A stretch of DNA of 53,627 nt from a virus (taxonomy: Duplodnaviria > Caudoviricetes). The DNA lies in the IMG/VR virus record IMGVR_UViG_3300044951_001798, positions 1-53,627 of that record, one strand, 5' to 3'. The notes beneath the pieces were generated by a model. The model saw nothing but the letters and a program-made list of their open reading frames with translations, did no database searches and was not told where the DNA came from. Shown one piece after another: positions 43,736-53,327 of the stretch. Position numbers and translations under genes: made by a program. Positions within the stretch are counted from its first letter, which is position 1, and each line of letters begins with the position of its first letter.

Positions 43736-44749
43736 CTATCCGGTGATTCTCTTCCCAGGGTCATTTGCATTTATGGTGAAATCGGCAACTATGCTGCTGC
43801 TTGCCGGAAATGTTGTGGTTATACCAAGGAAACCATGGGTTAAAATGTATTTGTCTGACTGGAGCCTATCAACAAAATATTTAAACCAGATTTTCTTGCC
43901 TTCTTTGCGTAGAATTTGGTCTGAAATACCATTGATAAGGAAAGCTCTGAATTTTCCTGATTTCAGCGATGTGCTTACTTCGCCGATTACACCACCATAA
44001 TACTGTTTCGAAGAAGTTGACATGCTGTTTGACGCTGGTTGAAAATCGGTAGCCTTGCTCACTTCAACGAATTCCGGCTCATAATATTGTGCATAAACCT
44101 TCTTGGGAATGTTACCTGTGTGACTGCGTGTCATTGCCGGACTGAATGTGGCTCCTGCATATCCGATTATGGTATCTGTTTCCCTTGCGAATTCAGTCTT
44201 TAGGATAACTGGATAACTTGACAACTCGCGGTGTTGATTCGGGGTGGAATATATTTCAGATGTGGCGATGGCGGAAGATGTGACGGATGATAACCGTACT
44301 TGTGCAACCTCAATACTTCCGATTGGTATGAACGGAGGACCACCAGAAGCTCCACGGGTCTCAGAAAAAGCTGTATGATCAGTGCCACTCAGGACAGCAA
44401 TTGCGCCAGCGGATGTGATGGTTATGGAATTGATACGACATATATCTGTTGTGGCGCCTCGTAAGCATGTTGCGTCTGTACTTGCTGTCATGGTTACGAT
44501 CACACCTGCGAGGTTAATCGTACCAGCGGATATATCAACCTTATCACTTGTTCCGGATACTGCAGGAGTTACAACCAGGCCCATAATGACACCATCTGGT
44601 TTAATAACAGGTGAGAAACCAGCCTCATCAGACCAGATTTCTGCTAAGGAATTGAATACCATGGAATCACCAGAATCAGATAACGCAGACATCGGAACAA
44701 ATGTTTGACCACTTTCGTAATAAAGCAAAGAATTTTCTGCGGTTGGCAT
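43736..44749 (-). CDS. Major tail (tube) protein with inserted domain
   Basis: Position after the tail terminator; beta-rich. Confidence 0.6.
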   Translation of the reverse strand: MPTAENSLLYYESGQTFVPMSALSDSGDSMVFNSLAEIWSDEAGFSPVIKPDGVIMGLVVTPAVSGTSDKVDISAGTINLAGVIVTMTASTDATCLRGATTDICRINSITITSAGAIAVLSGTDHTAFSETRGASGGPPFIPIGSIEVAQVRLSSVTSSAIATSEIYSTPNQHRELSSYPVILKTEFARETDTIIGYAGATFSPAMTRSHTGNIPKKVYAQYYEPEFVEVSKATDFQPASNSMSTSSKQYYGGVIGEVSTSLKSGKFRAFLINGISDQILRKEGKKIWFKYFVDRLQSDKYILTHGFLGITTTFPASSSIVADFTINANDPGKRITG

Positions 44750-44758
44750 GGATACACC

Positions 44759-45208
44759 TTATGAATATAAATATGGATTTGTGATAGTTGAAAAATATTT
44801 TACTGTGAGATTAACCAGAACTAAAACTGTGTCATTCTTCGAGTAGTCGTTTGTTCCGCCATTTATGTATGATATTTCCTCGATAAGTGACGAAATAGGT
44901 GATCCGAAAAAAGCTTGTCTCATATCACCCAGGATGATCTCTGAGAGAACTGATGTGTTTATTATGCCAGTCATGGACACAGCTTCGACTCGCACTGGCA
45001 TAGTGCAAAGATACTCTGAACCTCCTATGCGTTCTGCTGTTTCAACAAGAGGGAAAATGACACATGACGGCAATCGGTTGGGATCTATTTTTGAAACGGC
45101 GCGGTATGTGTTTTCTCCGATATTCGTGTTGTACCCATTGCCAATGGTTATCTCCGCTGCACGTTCGAGAAATGACCTGATAATTAAGTCTCGTTTGGTG
45201 TTAGGCAT
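44759..45208 (-). CDS. Tail terminator-like protein
   Basis: ITIGNGYNTNIG motif; synteny. Confidence 0.65.
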   Translation of the reverse strand: MPNTKRDLIIRSFLERAAEITIGNGYNTNIGENTYRAVSKIDPNRLPSCVIFPLVETAERIGGSEYLCTMPVRVEAVSMTGIINTSVLSEIILGDMRQAFFGSPISSLIEEISYINGGTNDYSKNDTVLVLVNLTVKYFSTITNPYLYS

Positions 45209-45803
45209 TTAGAAACTCGTCTGTTTTTTCAAAGAAAACCCTGGATACTTCATCGGCGCCTTCTTCGGTAATTGGGTCTATGAAATATTCCTGCGCCTGG
45301 ATATCTTGTACGCGAACTGACATAAGAAATTTAGCTTTACGTAGATACTTTATTGGAAACGGAGTACCATCTGAATAATAAGATTGTCCTAATTTCCGCT
45401 CGCGTATTTGTCCCATGGTTCTAAACACATGCCGAAATTCGTGATTTTCACGATCCTTGAAAATCTGTACATGTATCCGAGGGTAACCTCGTTTCTTCCA
45501 GTTTGCTGAATCATTCGGAAACTCAACCAGTTTAATTGGCTTTCCTTTTGATATAACTTTAGGCTTGTAATTTGATAAGGTCGAAAAACCCGGATCATTT
45601 ATTTCTATTTCAGATTTGGTGCGGGACTCGTCTACAAGCAATACTTCTGTAACGCCTTCTATCATTTTGTTATTGACGAGAACTGAACCTTCAAGCATTG
45701 AGTTACCAGCCGCCTGAGGAAGCCTGTGACGTAAGACTTCAAGCATGGTTTTGACGATACCAAAGGATGCTTCGTCAACCGTTATAGTGATGCTATCTGC
45801 CAT
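45201..45803 (-). CDS. Tail completion (gpZ-like) protein
   Basis: Synteny; size. Confidence 0.5.
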   Translation of the reverse strand: MADSITITVDEASFGIVKTMLEVLRHRLPQAAGNSMLEGSVLVNNKMIEGVTEVLLVDESRTKSEIEINDPGFSTLSNYKPKVISKGKPIKLVEFPNDSANWKKRGYPRIHVQIFKDRENHEFRHVFRTMGQIRERKLGQSYYSDGTPFPIKYLRKAKFLMSVRVQDIQAQEYFIDPITEEGADEVSRVFFEKTDEFLNA

Positions 45804-46113
45804 CTACTGAAACCCTTACAACGTACCCATCGTTCGTGAGAACAGATACAACTGCATAAGATATTCCTGCTATGACAAACACATCTCCTATCTCGGCCTC
45901 GCGGGACAAGTCAGACAATGAATAATCAATCGTCTTTCCCTGAAGCCATGTTTGTGCGCGGCCTTCTGGTTGTGATTGTGAGAATTCAGAGAATATTACC
46001 TTGAAACACGATACGTCACCAACCAGTGGGGTAAATACAGCATCTACCCCACCAAGATTGGTTGAAATATCACGCCATAACGTTGCTTGTAACTCGTTAA
46101 AATCAACAGCCAT
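45793..46113 (-). CDS. Head-tail joining (gpFII-like) protein
   Basis: Follows the capsid gene; GDVFVIAGISY.V..DG. Confidence 0.6.
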   Translation of the reverse strand: MAVDFNELQATLWRDISTNLGGVDAVFTPLVGDVSCFKVIFSEFSQSQPEGRAQTWLQGKTIDYSLSDLSREAEIGDVFVIAGISYAVVSVLTNDGYVVRVSVDGR

Positions 46114-46122
46114 TTTCTTGCC

Positions 46123-47130
46123 CTACTCCACCAACTTGACAAGTACACCTGGTCTAAAGCACATTGGAAGAGGATTTGACTGCATGTGGAGATTGATACC
46201 ACGGTTGAAGTCTCTGACTTCCTGTTTTGCGTAAAGTGGAATACCGATGGTGTTTACGGTTTCGAGAAAGTCAGCCGGTGCGTAAATGGTTTTGAAGGTA
46301 TTCATGGTGCCCTGCGGATAGCAATGGCCTTCTCCGTCTGCGATGAATTTTCTTGCAGTTCCGGTAGCGTCGGTCGCCGTCCCACGGTATTCTTCAAACA
46401 TAATACCGCCATAAGCAAAACCCTTTCTAATATCGCCACCCATGGCCTGCGCTGCAAGGATGGTGTTATCAAAAGTAGCCTTAACGGTTGTATGGCTGGT
46501 GAGCGCATCGAAGAAACTGGCTGATACAAGCGCTCTGGGCATGGTCATTACTTCACCCATGAGATTATCCTCCATGAGACGAAGCACCTGCATACACTTG
46601 CCACGGACATCTGTGGTGGTTGTGGACAGATCGAAATCGACGTATTTCTGATCGATTCCAAATTCAGTGTAAAGATTATACAGAAGGGACCCGTCTGCAT
46701 CCAGGATGATCCCCTTCAATGCGCCCATTCTGAGATATTCGAGGGTGATTGCGTACTTATCCTTGGCGGCTTGCATATGGTTGTTCATGACACTTGCGAG
46801 CGTCTGTACCTGATTATCTGTACCGAATTGACGGACAGATTCAAATTCAGATGCAAGAATAACGTCACCAAGGGGAATGTGGGGTACCGCGAACGCTCTG
46901 ACCTTGCGTTTGCCCATTCGGTTCTGTTGTTCGGGAGACCCGACAGGCTGGGTTGAAAGCAAATTGAGAACGCCGTTTTGTTCCTCGACGAGTGCGACGC
47001 GGGTTGTTATGCCTTTGTCGGTGAAAATACCAAGCTCTCTCAGCCGACCGTAGGTATTAGGCAGGATATTGATTGCGTTCGAAAGCGAAACAAGATTAAA
47101 CGCATCTGTTTCAAAAGGGTTAAGTATCAT
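46123..47130 (-). CDS. Major capsid protein (lambda gpE family)
   Basis: AINILPN.YG..TLEYLRMGALKG.ILDADG..QSNPLPMC.RP. Confidence 0.93.
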   Translation of the reverse strand: MILNPFETDAFNLVSLSNAINILPNTYGRLRELGIFTDKGITTRVALVEEQNGVLNLLSTQPVGSPEQQNRMGKRKVRAFAVPHIPLGDVILASEFESVRQFGTDNQVQTLASVMNNHMQAAKDKYAITLEYLRMGALKGIILDADGSLLYNLYTEFGIDQKYVDFDLSTTTTDVRGKCMQVLRLMEDNLMGEVMTMPRALVSASFFDALTSHTTVKATFDNTILAAQAMGGDIRKGFAYGGIMFEEYRGTATDATGTARKFIADGEGHCYPQGTMNTFKTIYAPADFLETVNTIGIPLYAKQEVRDFNRGINLHMQSNPLPMCFRPGVLVKLVE

Positions 47131-47148
47131 TTTATCACACTCCTTTGA

Positions 47149-48360
47149 TTAAACATCGGTTCTTTCGACGATGCCGTTATTGCGAAGCTGAACAAGCGCA
47201 GCGGCGATTTGCGCAGCGGAAGCACCTGTAGGCCATGTTAGATAATCAGCTACAATCTGTGCGTCACGGACGATTGCAACTGCTTCCCTGTCTGGGTAAT
47301 AAACAGCGGTATTCGCTCCGATGGTGCAGATATTCAACTGATTTGCGCTATCAAGATTTTCTGATTGGAAAGTACCAACCTGGGAATCAACTACGAGAAC
47401 ACCGGCAGCGTCTCCGCCTGCGAAGGTTCCTGATGTAATGGTGAACGATACTACCTGCGCGGTGGCGGCACTGGTTGCGCCAGTGAGTGTTTCGCCTGCC
47501 AACAACGAAAGAACGCCACCAGAAGTATAAGCGATGTAACGCTGTGTCGTATCGGTTGTGTCTGCTCCGGATACCATCAAGCCATAGGCATCCTGAGAGC
47601 CATCAACACCACTGAGATTAAGTTCTTTGACTTTGCCAGAACCAGCGGCGACGGTTACTGTGAATGTATCACCAACAGCAAAGTTGGTACCTGAATCGTT
47701 GATTGTGAAGTTGATGTAATCGGACGTATAACCAGTTCCAGTTACAGCCTGGTCGGCAAGCTTAATTCCTGTCGGAGCTTTTACGTCCCATTTTGCGCCT
47801 GCACCGGTAGTGGCCGGGGCTACGGTGATGTTAAAACCATCGCCAACGATATAATCTGTTGCATCTGCAATTGTAAAAGTAAGTCCGCCGCCGATGAACT
47901 CTACGGTTGCTTCACCTTGTCCGCAATATGACCCATCGGGATACCGAACAACAAAAGCGCCTTTGTTTGTGACTGCTTTTTCAAACTCAAGAGTGTAAAC
48001 TCCGATTTTTGCGGTTGCTCCAACAACAATGGTACCCATTGCACCAGAGCCAGTATTGTGCGCCCAGGCTGCGGCGGTGGCAGGTGTGGCAGGAGTACCA
48101 ACAGATGCGTCAACCAGTGTGGCAAGGTATGCACCAAGTGTGGTTCGAACACCACCAGTTACTCCGGTCATTGTTCCACCACCAGTGTTCGACCCAGCAA
48201 CTCCAGTCGTGGGAGTGGCGAGCGCTATCTTGCCAATCACCGAACCCATTGCGAGGTCCTGACCAGATAACACGGTGACTTGCTCGCGGGATTGATAATT
48301 CTCCATTTCCCATTTGAGCAGATCGTTAAGATAATTTGATTCTGTTAATACGATTGACAT
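47149..48360 (-). CDS. Head decoration protein (gpD family) with large insertions
   Basis: SREQVTV..G.VIGKI N-terminus; DGSQDAYG; AIVRDAQI..L.W..LRNNGI C-terminus. Confidence 0.8.
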   Translation of the reverse strand: MSIVLTESNYLNDLLKWEMENYQSREQVTVLSGQDLAMGSVIGKIALATPTTGVAGSNTGGGTMTGVTGGVRTTLGAYLATLVDASVGTPATPATAAAWAHNTGSGAMGTIVVGATAKIGVYTLEFEKAVTNKGAFVVRYPDGSYCGQGEATVEFIGGGLTFTIADATDYIVGDGFNITVAPATTGAGAKWDVKAPTGIKLADQAVTGTGYTSDYINFTINDSGTNFAVGDTFTVTVAAGSGKVKELNLSGVDGSQDAYGLMVSGADTTDTTQRYIAYTSGGVLSLLAGETLTGATSAATAQVVSFTITSGTFAGGDAAGVLVVDSQVGTFQSENLDSANQLNICTIGANTAVYYPDREAVAIVRDAQIVADYLTWPTGASAAQIAAALVQLRNNGIVERTDV

Positions 48361-48373
48361 GTTGATCCTCCTA

Positions 48374-48892
48374 TTATTTATTCTTTAAAATGGACTCTGC
48401 TCGTTTCTTTGCATCTTCCATAAGTGGATTGGCGTCTGTGGTCGCAAGTGCGCCGACTGTTGATACAATCGTTACCTGTTCTGATACTTTGGCCTTTGCA
48501 TCGAGGATAACCTGTTTTGCCTGATCAAGAGACAAACCATCACGAATCATGGTTCCTGCGAGCGCTGGCATTCCCATAGACTCGCACAAATCAACAATGT
48601 CGGTTATCGCCGTTACTTGTTCAGCTTTTTGTGCAGCAAGTATCTGTTCGACAGTGGCTTCTGTAGCTTGCTCTGGTTCTATCGGATCTACGATAAAACC
48701 ACCAAATGTTGCTCGATTTTGCAAATCAGCCGGAGGGACACCGACAGCAGTACTTTCAGCAAAGGTTCCTTGGGGTAAAAGTGATTCAATACGAGAAAGC
48801 AAAAGACTTTGTTCGGTAAGTATCTTTTTAACTTCATCCATATTGTCGGCTATTGCCTGTGTGACGACTTCCTTTACTTCGTTAAGATTCAT
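48374..48892 (-). CDS. Internal in-frame scaffold protein (Nu3-like)
   Basis: GGAGG 7 nt before the internal ATG of MNLNEVKEVV. Confidence 0.55.
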   Translation of the reverse strand: MNLNEVKEVVTQAIADNMDEVKKILTEQSLLLSRIESLLPQGTFAESTAVGVPPADLQNRATFGGFIVDPIEPEQATEATVEQILAAQKAEQVTAITDIVDLCESMGMPALAGTMIRDGLSLDQAKQVILDAKAKVSEQVTIVSTVGALATTDANPLMEDAKKRAESILKNK

Positions 48893-49753
48893 GCTAACGC
48901 CTCCAGTTTTTAAAATCATATTTTTAACGATATTATCTATGGATAGAATGCCGTCCGCAAAACCAATATCAACTGCTTCCTTACCCATGAAGAACCCTGC
49001 CTGTGTCGCCACAACTGCTTCCTGTGACATGTTCCTGTTGCGAGCAACGACAGCAGTGAATTTGTCGTAAAGCTTATCAACGTGTGCCTGTAATATTCCT
49101 TTGCATTCTGGCTTCAATGATTCGTGCGGACTGAAATCATTCTTGTGCCCACCGGCGAAGATGGTTGTGTATTCAACTCCGATTTTCTTATCAAAATCAG
49201 CTTGGTTAATGTGAATTGCTATCACGCCAACTGATCCAACGGAAGCAGTGTCAGAAAGATAAATCTCGCTTGCAGCGGAAGCGATTGCATAAGCAGCGGA
49301 ATAAGCGGATTCTGCGGCCACGGCTATAATTGGTTTAATCTCTCTGGATTTATAAATTTCTTCTGCAAGATCAAACAAACCGGCGACTTCTCCGCCAGGT
49401 GAATCAATAAGCAATAAGATGCTTTTGACTCGTTCATCGGATAAAGCAGCACGAAAAGTGTCACGGATATCAAGATATGATGTAATCCACCATTCATAAG
49501 CTCGATAAGTAAGACCGCCTGAGATCTCCAAAACTGCGACGTCACCTGTTATTGCGTATCCATTGTCAGATCGTAAAACTACAATGCCAGAATCAGCGTA
49601 AGCTTGAACATCGTTGACGTGTTTTTTTTCTGTATCGGGCGGTGGCGGTTTTGATCCAGTCGCTTTAACTGACAGAATTTCGTTGACTGATTGTGGCGCA
49701 ACCATCAATGCTGAATTAAAAAGTCTTGTTGGTATTTCCAATATTCCCTCCAT
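48374..49753 (-). CDS. S49 head maturation protease / scaffold (gpC)
   Basis: IDSPGG, SAAYAIAS, GSVGV, EAVDIGFAD. Confidence 0.92.
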   Translation of the reverse strand: MEGILEIPTRLFNSALMVAPQSVNEILSVKATGSKPPPPDTEKKHVNDVQAYADSGIVVLRSDNGYAITGDVAVLEISGGLTYRAYEWWITSYLDIRDTFRAALSDERVKSILLLIDSPGGEVAGLFDLAEEIYKSREIKPIIAVAAESAYSAAYAIASAASEIYLSDTASVGSVGVIAIHINQADFDKKIGVEYTTIFAGGHKNDFSPHESLKPECKGILQAHVDKLYDKFTAVVARNRNMSQEAVVATQAGFFMGKEAVDIGFADGILSIDNIVKNMILKTGGVSMNLNEVKEVVTQAIADNMDEVKKILTEQSLLLSRIESLLPQGTFAESTAVGVPPADLQNRATFGGFIVDPIEPEQATEATVEQILAAQKAEQVTAITDIVDLCESMGMPALAGTMIRDGLSLDQAKQVILDAKAKVSEQVTIVSTVGALATTDANPLMEDAKKRAESILKNK

Positions 49754-51194
49754 TTTGTGGCCTTGAGTCAGAATCAAATACCAGACCTAACTTGTCAGCA
49801 CGTTCGTTATCTGCCTGGATTTCTTCTTCGAGCGCCTCCACGTCTATTCCTCGTTCAGCAACTTCCTGTGTCCGTGAAGAAAACCCGGATCGAACAAGGC
49901 CAGATGATGCCTTTAAGTCTTTCAATGGATCGACCCATGGCCAGCCGTCGATTGTCCATTTGATCCTCATGTATGATTTTGGGTCTTTTGTGTATCCCGG
50001 TAACCGCATGGCATTTGATAACTCGACCTGAGAAAGCCAATACTTGGCAACCGGTCTGCATATCTGATATGCCATGACATTGAAAATAAACTGCTTGCAT
50101 TGCCGTTGAAATTCGAGATTGCCGGCACGGATAGAGGAATAAGTCACTCCGGACAGATCTCCGGTGAATTTCTCGTAAGTTAAGCCGCCGATGCCACGAG
50201 CAGCACGTTGTTCTTGGTGTTTGATGAAAGACCCGTAATTACCGCCGACATCTGCTGGTTGTGAAAATGTCACGTTGTAACCAGGAGGAAGTGATGGGAA
50301 TGTACCGGGTTCCATCTGTATTTGAAGAGCACCTGTATCATCGGTGCCATCGTCACTACCAAAGAACGGTACTGCATTTAAATCCTCTGCTGGCTGTGTG
50401 ATAAAACCACCAAACATGGCAGCAGTCTTCTTGCGTACCAATTCTGCATCGTTGAATTGATTAAGTTCGTGCATTGTCAATATAAGGGATGCAAGCCATG
50501 GGCGACCTCGTTGTTGTCCTGGACGAAGTGGGTGAAAAACATGAAGTATCTCCGATGCTGGGATCCGAACCCTGTCGAACTGATCCTTGAGAGTCATGAA
50601 TACTTCGCCTGGATGTTCTTTAAATATCCAGTAGGCGACACGTTTACCTGATTTATCAAACTCTATGCCCATGCGTATTTCGTTACCGTTTGGAGCGATG
50701 GTGTTGTAAGTTTCATCAAGGTGATCAGCCTCAAGTATTTGCAATTGAAGAGGAACCAAAAGACCCCCAGACCGCTTTGGACAAAACCGGATAAGAACTT
50801 CTCCGGATTCGATAATTGACCGGGCTATAAGAGACTGTAATCCATAAAAATCAAGGAAACCACCTGCGTCAGCTTCCTGTGTCCAGTCAGACCAGAGTTG
50901 TTGTATTCTCTTTTTGAGTTTGGAATCAGTCAATTGCCATCGGGGAGAGATACCTGTCCCAACGATGTTGGAGACCAGGCAATCAATCGCGCCACATATC
51001 TGAGGATCATTACGAGATAACTCACGAGAACGAGACCGCAGAAGAGATAGTGATGAATAAATTGTTGCATTAGGACCTGCGGATGACGTGCCCCAATTTG
51101 ACAATCGCCTGCCATTCCCTGCGCCTTCGAAAGGTGGGGAAGATCGCATATCAATTTTGCGGCCCTTACTGTCAAGTATTCTCAGAAAAGACAT
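49716..51194 (-). CDS. Portal protein, lambda family
   Basis: LRSRSRELSRND..RPGQQRG.P..TGDLSGVTYSSIRAG..WVDPLKD. Confidence 0.95.
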   Translation of the reverse strand: MSFLRILDSKGRKIDMRSSPPFEGAGNGRRLSNWGTSSAGPNATIYSSLSLLRSRSRELSRNDPQICGAIDCLVSNIVGTGISPRWQLTDSKLKKRIQQLWSDWTQEADAGGFLDFYGLQSLIARSIIESGEVLIRFCPKRSGGLLVPLQLQILEADHLDETYNTIAPNGNEIRMGIEFDKSGKRVAYWIFKEHPGEVFMTLKDQFDRVRIPASEILHVFHPLRPGQQRGRPWLASLILTMHELNQFNDAELVRKKTAAMFGGFITQPAEDLNAVPFFGSDDGTDDTGALQIQMEPGTFPSLPPGYNVTFSQPADVGGNYGSFIKHQEQRAARGIGGLTYEKFTGDLSGVTYSSIRAGNLEFQRQCKQFIFNVMAYQICRPVAKYWLSQVELSNAMRLPGYTKDPKSYMRIKWTIDGWPWVDPLKDLKASSGLVRSGFSSRTQEVAERGIDVEALEEEIQADNERADKLGLVFDSDSRPQNGGNIGNTNKTF

Positions 51195-51424
51195 TACACC
51201 CCTTTACTGGTTGATATGCGGCAGTAACGCGGCCTGCGGTTTAATAAATTCAAAGACGTTGTAAGGCTTGACTTGTATGCCTGTAGTTCGATAAGACTTG
51301 ACTGACCATATTCAACCATGCGGTCACCATTGGAAACGCGCACGACTCGTTCCCCGAGCATCAGTTTGCTTATGGCGAGTTCAACGGAAGTCAGAGATGT
51401 GGTTAATTCAGATATTGTTGGCAT
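51194..51424 (-). CDS. gpW-like head-tail adaptor
   Basis: LMLGERVVRV..DRMVEY..L..Y; upstream of portal. Confidence 0.85.
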   Translation of the reverse strand: MPTISELTTSLTSVELAISKLMLGERVVRVSNGDRMVEYGQSSLIELQAYKSSLTTSLNLLNRRPRYCRISTSKGV

Positions 51425-51451
51425 AATACCATATAGAGTATATGAGTATAT

Positions 51452-51460
51452 AGTATAACA
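51452..51460 (-). promoter_or_regulatory. Possible extended -10 promoter for the head operon
   Basis: TG-T-TATACT on minus strand about 30 nt upstream of gpW. Confidence 0.35.
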
Positions 51461-51523
51461 CAAGGGGTAGCGGTACAGTGTTCCGTTAATTTATAAATTA
51501 ATGATTTTTAATAGGGGGGATAG

Positions 51524-52195
51524 ATGAAAACTGCCGGTCGTTTAATCGTTTTTGTTTTAACTTTTTGGATTGGTATCGTACATGCTGGTTATATAATATC
51601 TGGAAAAGTCGTCTCTATTTCTGATGGAGACACAATTACGATACTGGATGGGAACATGACACAGCACAAAATAAGGATTTATGGCGTGGATTGTCCTGAA
51701 AGCCATCAGGATTATGGACAGAAGGCAAAGCAGTTAACGTCTGATCTGGTATTCGGGAAAACGATTGAAGTCAAAGTTATGGACACGGACAGGTATGGCC
51801 GCACGGTTGGGATAGTTAATGTCGATGGGAAATGTCTGAATGAAGAATTGGTGAAGAATGGCATGGCATGGCTTTATGGCCAATACTGTAAAGCATCATT
51901 ATGTTCTCAGTGGAAACAATACCAGGAGGAAGCCAGAAGCGGAAAGATCGGATTGTGGTCGACGCAGAACCACATACCGCCGTGGGAATTCCGGCATGGA
52001 CCACCAAAGACGGCTCCGACTACAACAACCAACGCCACCCAAAACGCTGGTGCATATCATGGCAACAGCAAGTCCATGGTATTCCATTCATCAAAATGCA
52101 GATTTTATGACTGCAAAAATTGCACAGTGATTTTCCCTGGTAGTGACGTAGCGATAAAGTATGGATTTAGGCCGTGTGGAGAATGCAGACCATGA
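51524..52195 (+). CDS. Secreted thermonuclease (SNase) with C-terminal Ada-like metal-binding motif
   Basis: Signal peptide; DGDT, IRIYGVDCPE, DRYGR, GMAW, GLW; GN..S..FH..C..C..GFRPCGEC. Confidence 0.92.
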   Translation: MKTAGRLIVFVLTFWIGIVHAGYIISGKVVSISDGDTITILDGNMTQHKIRIYGVDCPESHQDYGQKAKQLTSDLVFGKTIEVKVMDTDRYGRTVGIVNVDGKCLNEELVKNGMAWLYGQYCKASLCSQWKQYQEEARSGKIGLWSTQNHIPPWEFRHGPPKTAPTTTTNATQNAGAYHGNSKSMVFHSSKCRFYDCKNCTVIFPGSDVAIKYGFRPCGECRP

Positions 52196-52391
52196 CGAGA
52201 TTGGAGCTATCTGCCTGTTTGCATTGCATATTTTTGAAAAACGAGGGACGCGAAGCGGGTTGGACACCGTTAGGTATTGCGAGATGTTGAAAAGTACCTT
52301 TTTTTATTTGTTGATACTATATGTAGTATGTTGTTTTTTTTATACCACAATATGTTGTGGTGTTGCAATATATTGGAAAGGAAATGAATTT

Positions 52392-52658
52392 ATGAAAGTA
52401 AATATTGAAAGAACAATTGAATTTGCACCAAACTTTCCATCACATAATTTAAATATTCCTGTAAAGTATAATACTTACAATGCTTATTTGCATATTGTTG
52501 ATGAATGGGTAGAAGATAGGATTGAAATTTCAATCAATTTTGAATTTATGGATGAACTCCAGAATATTGTAGAAGATGGAACGCAGACATTTAAGTTGGG
52601 TGATTATAATAAGGTAGAATTCAAATCGATGCTGTCGAGAATTTTAAATTCATTGTGA
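52392..52658 (+). CDS. Hypothetical AT-rich protein
   Basis: AAGGA RBS before MKVNIERT. Confidence 0.4.
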   Translation: MKVNIERTIEFAPNFPSHNLNIPVKYNTYNAYLHIVDEWVEDRIEISINFEFMDELQNIVEDGTQTFKLGDYNKVEFKSMLSRILNSL

Positions 52659-52676
52659 GATTGATAATTGGGGAGA

Positions 52677-52813
52677 CAGATTTAAGGCAGATTAGGCAGA
52701 TTTAAGGCAGATTTAAGGCAGATTTAAGGCAGATTAGGCAGATTAGGCAGATTTAAGGCAAATTTAAGGCAGATTTAAGGCAGATTTAAGGCAGATTTAA
52801 GGCAAATTTAAGG
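52677..52813. repeat. Tandem minisatellite, 13 units
   Basis: 10 x CA(G/A)ATTTAAGG plus 3 x CAGATTAGG = 137 bp. Confidence 0.95.
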
Positions 52814-52838
52814 AATCTTGGCCATGGATAGCTGGTGA

Positions 52839-53060
52839 TCATGCCCTGTGCAGAAAAAGCACAGGCCACGCCACTGAACTGCCATTTGTAAATTGCAAAT
52901 TCTCGCCAGGATAAAAAACCATTTTGATTTTGGTTAGGTTCATCATGTTCAGCTTGCTCGTTCTGTGTTGGCGTTCATGCCTTTTGCAGAAAAGCAAAAG
53001 TCACGCCGCTGGACTGCCAGTTTAAGCCTGAGATTTCTTGCCAGGATAAAAAACCATTTT
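52839..53060. repeat. Diverged direct repeat pair with compensatory hairpin changes
   Basis: 52839-52925 versus 52975-53060, both ending GCCAGGATAAAAAACCATTTT. Confidence 0.85.
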
Positions 53061-53327
53061 AATATTCGGTTCAGCTTGCAGTTGACATGTGTTGTTACGC
53101 CTATTATCAGCATCCTGGCGCGCAGTTGGTGTAGTTTTAACGAAGCAGCACAAGCAGTTCAGTGTGCCCGTTGTGCACCCCCAAGGGAGTGCAAAACGGG
53201 TGCGCAATCCAAGCAGTTTGGTAGAAACAGCACAAACGCAAGCTTTACCAGCACAAGCCACAGCTTTTTTTTAGGGTTACTTCGTGTGTAGCTTGCTGCT
53301 GATGAGCATTTATAATTTTATCCACTC

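Noticed and set aside
52677-52813. CRISPR array
   Set aside because: Units are 9-11 bp, contiguous and spacer-less; no cas operon (the Cas4-like gene is a typical phage exonuclease).
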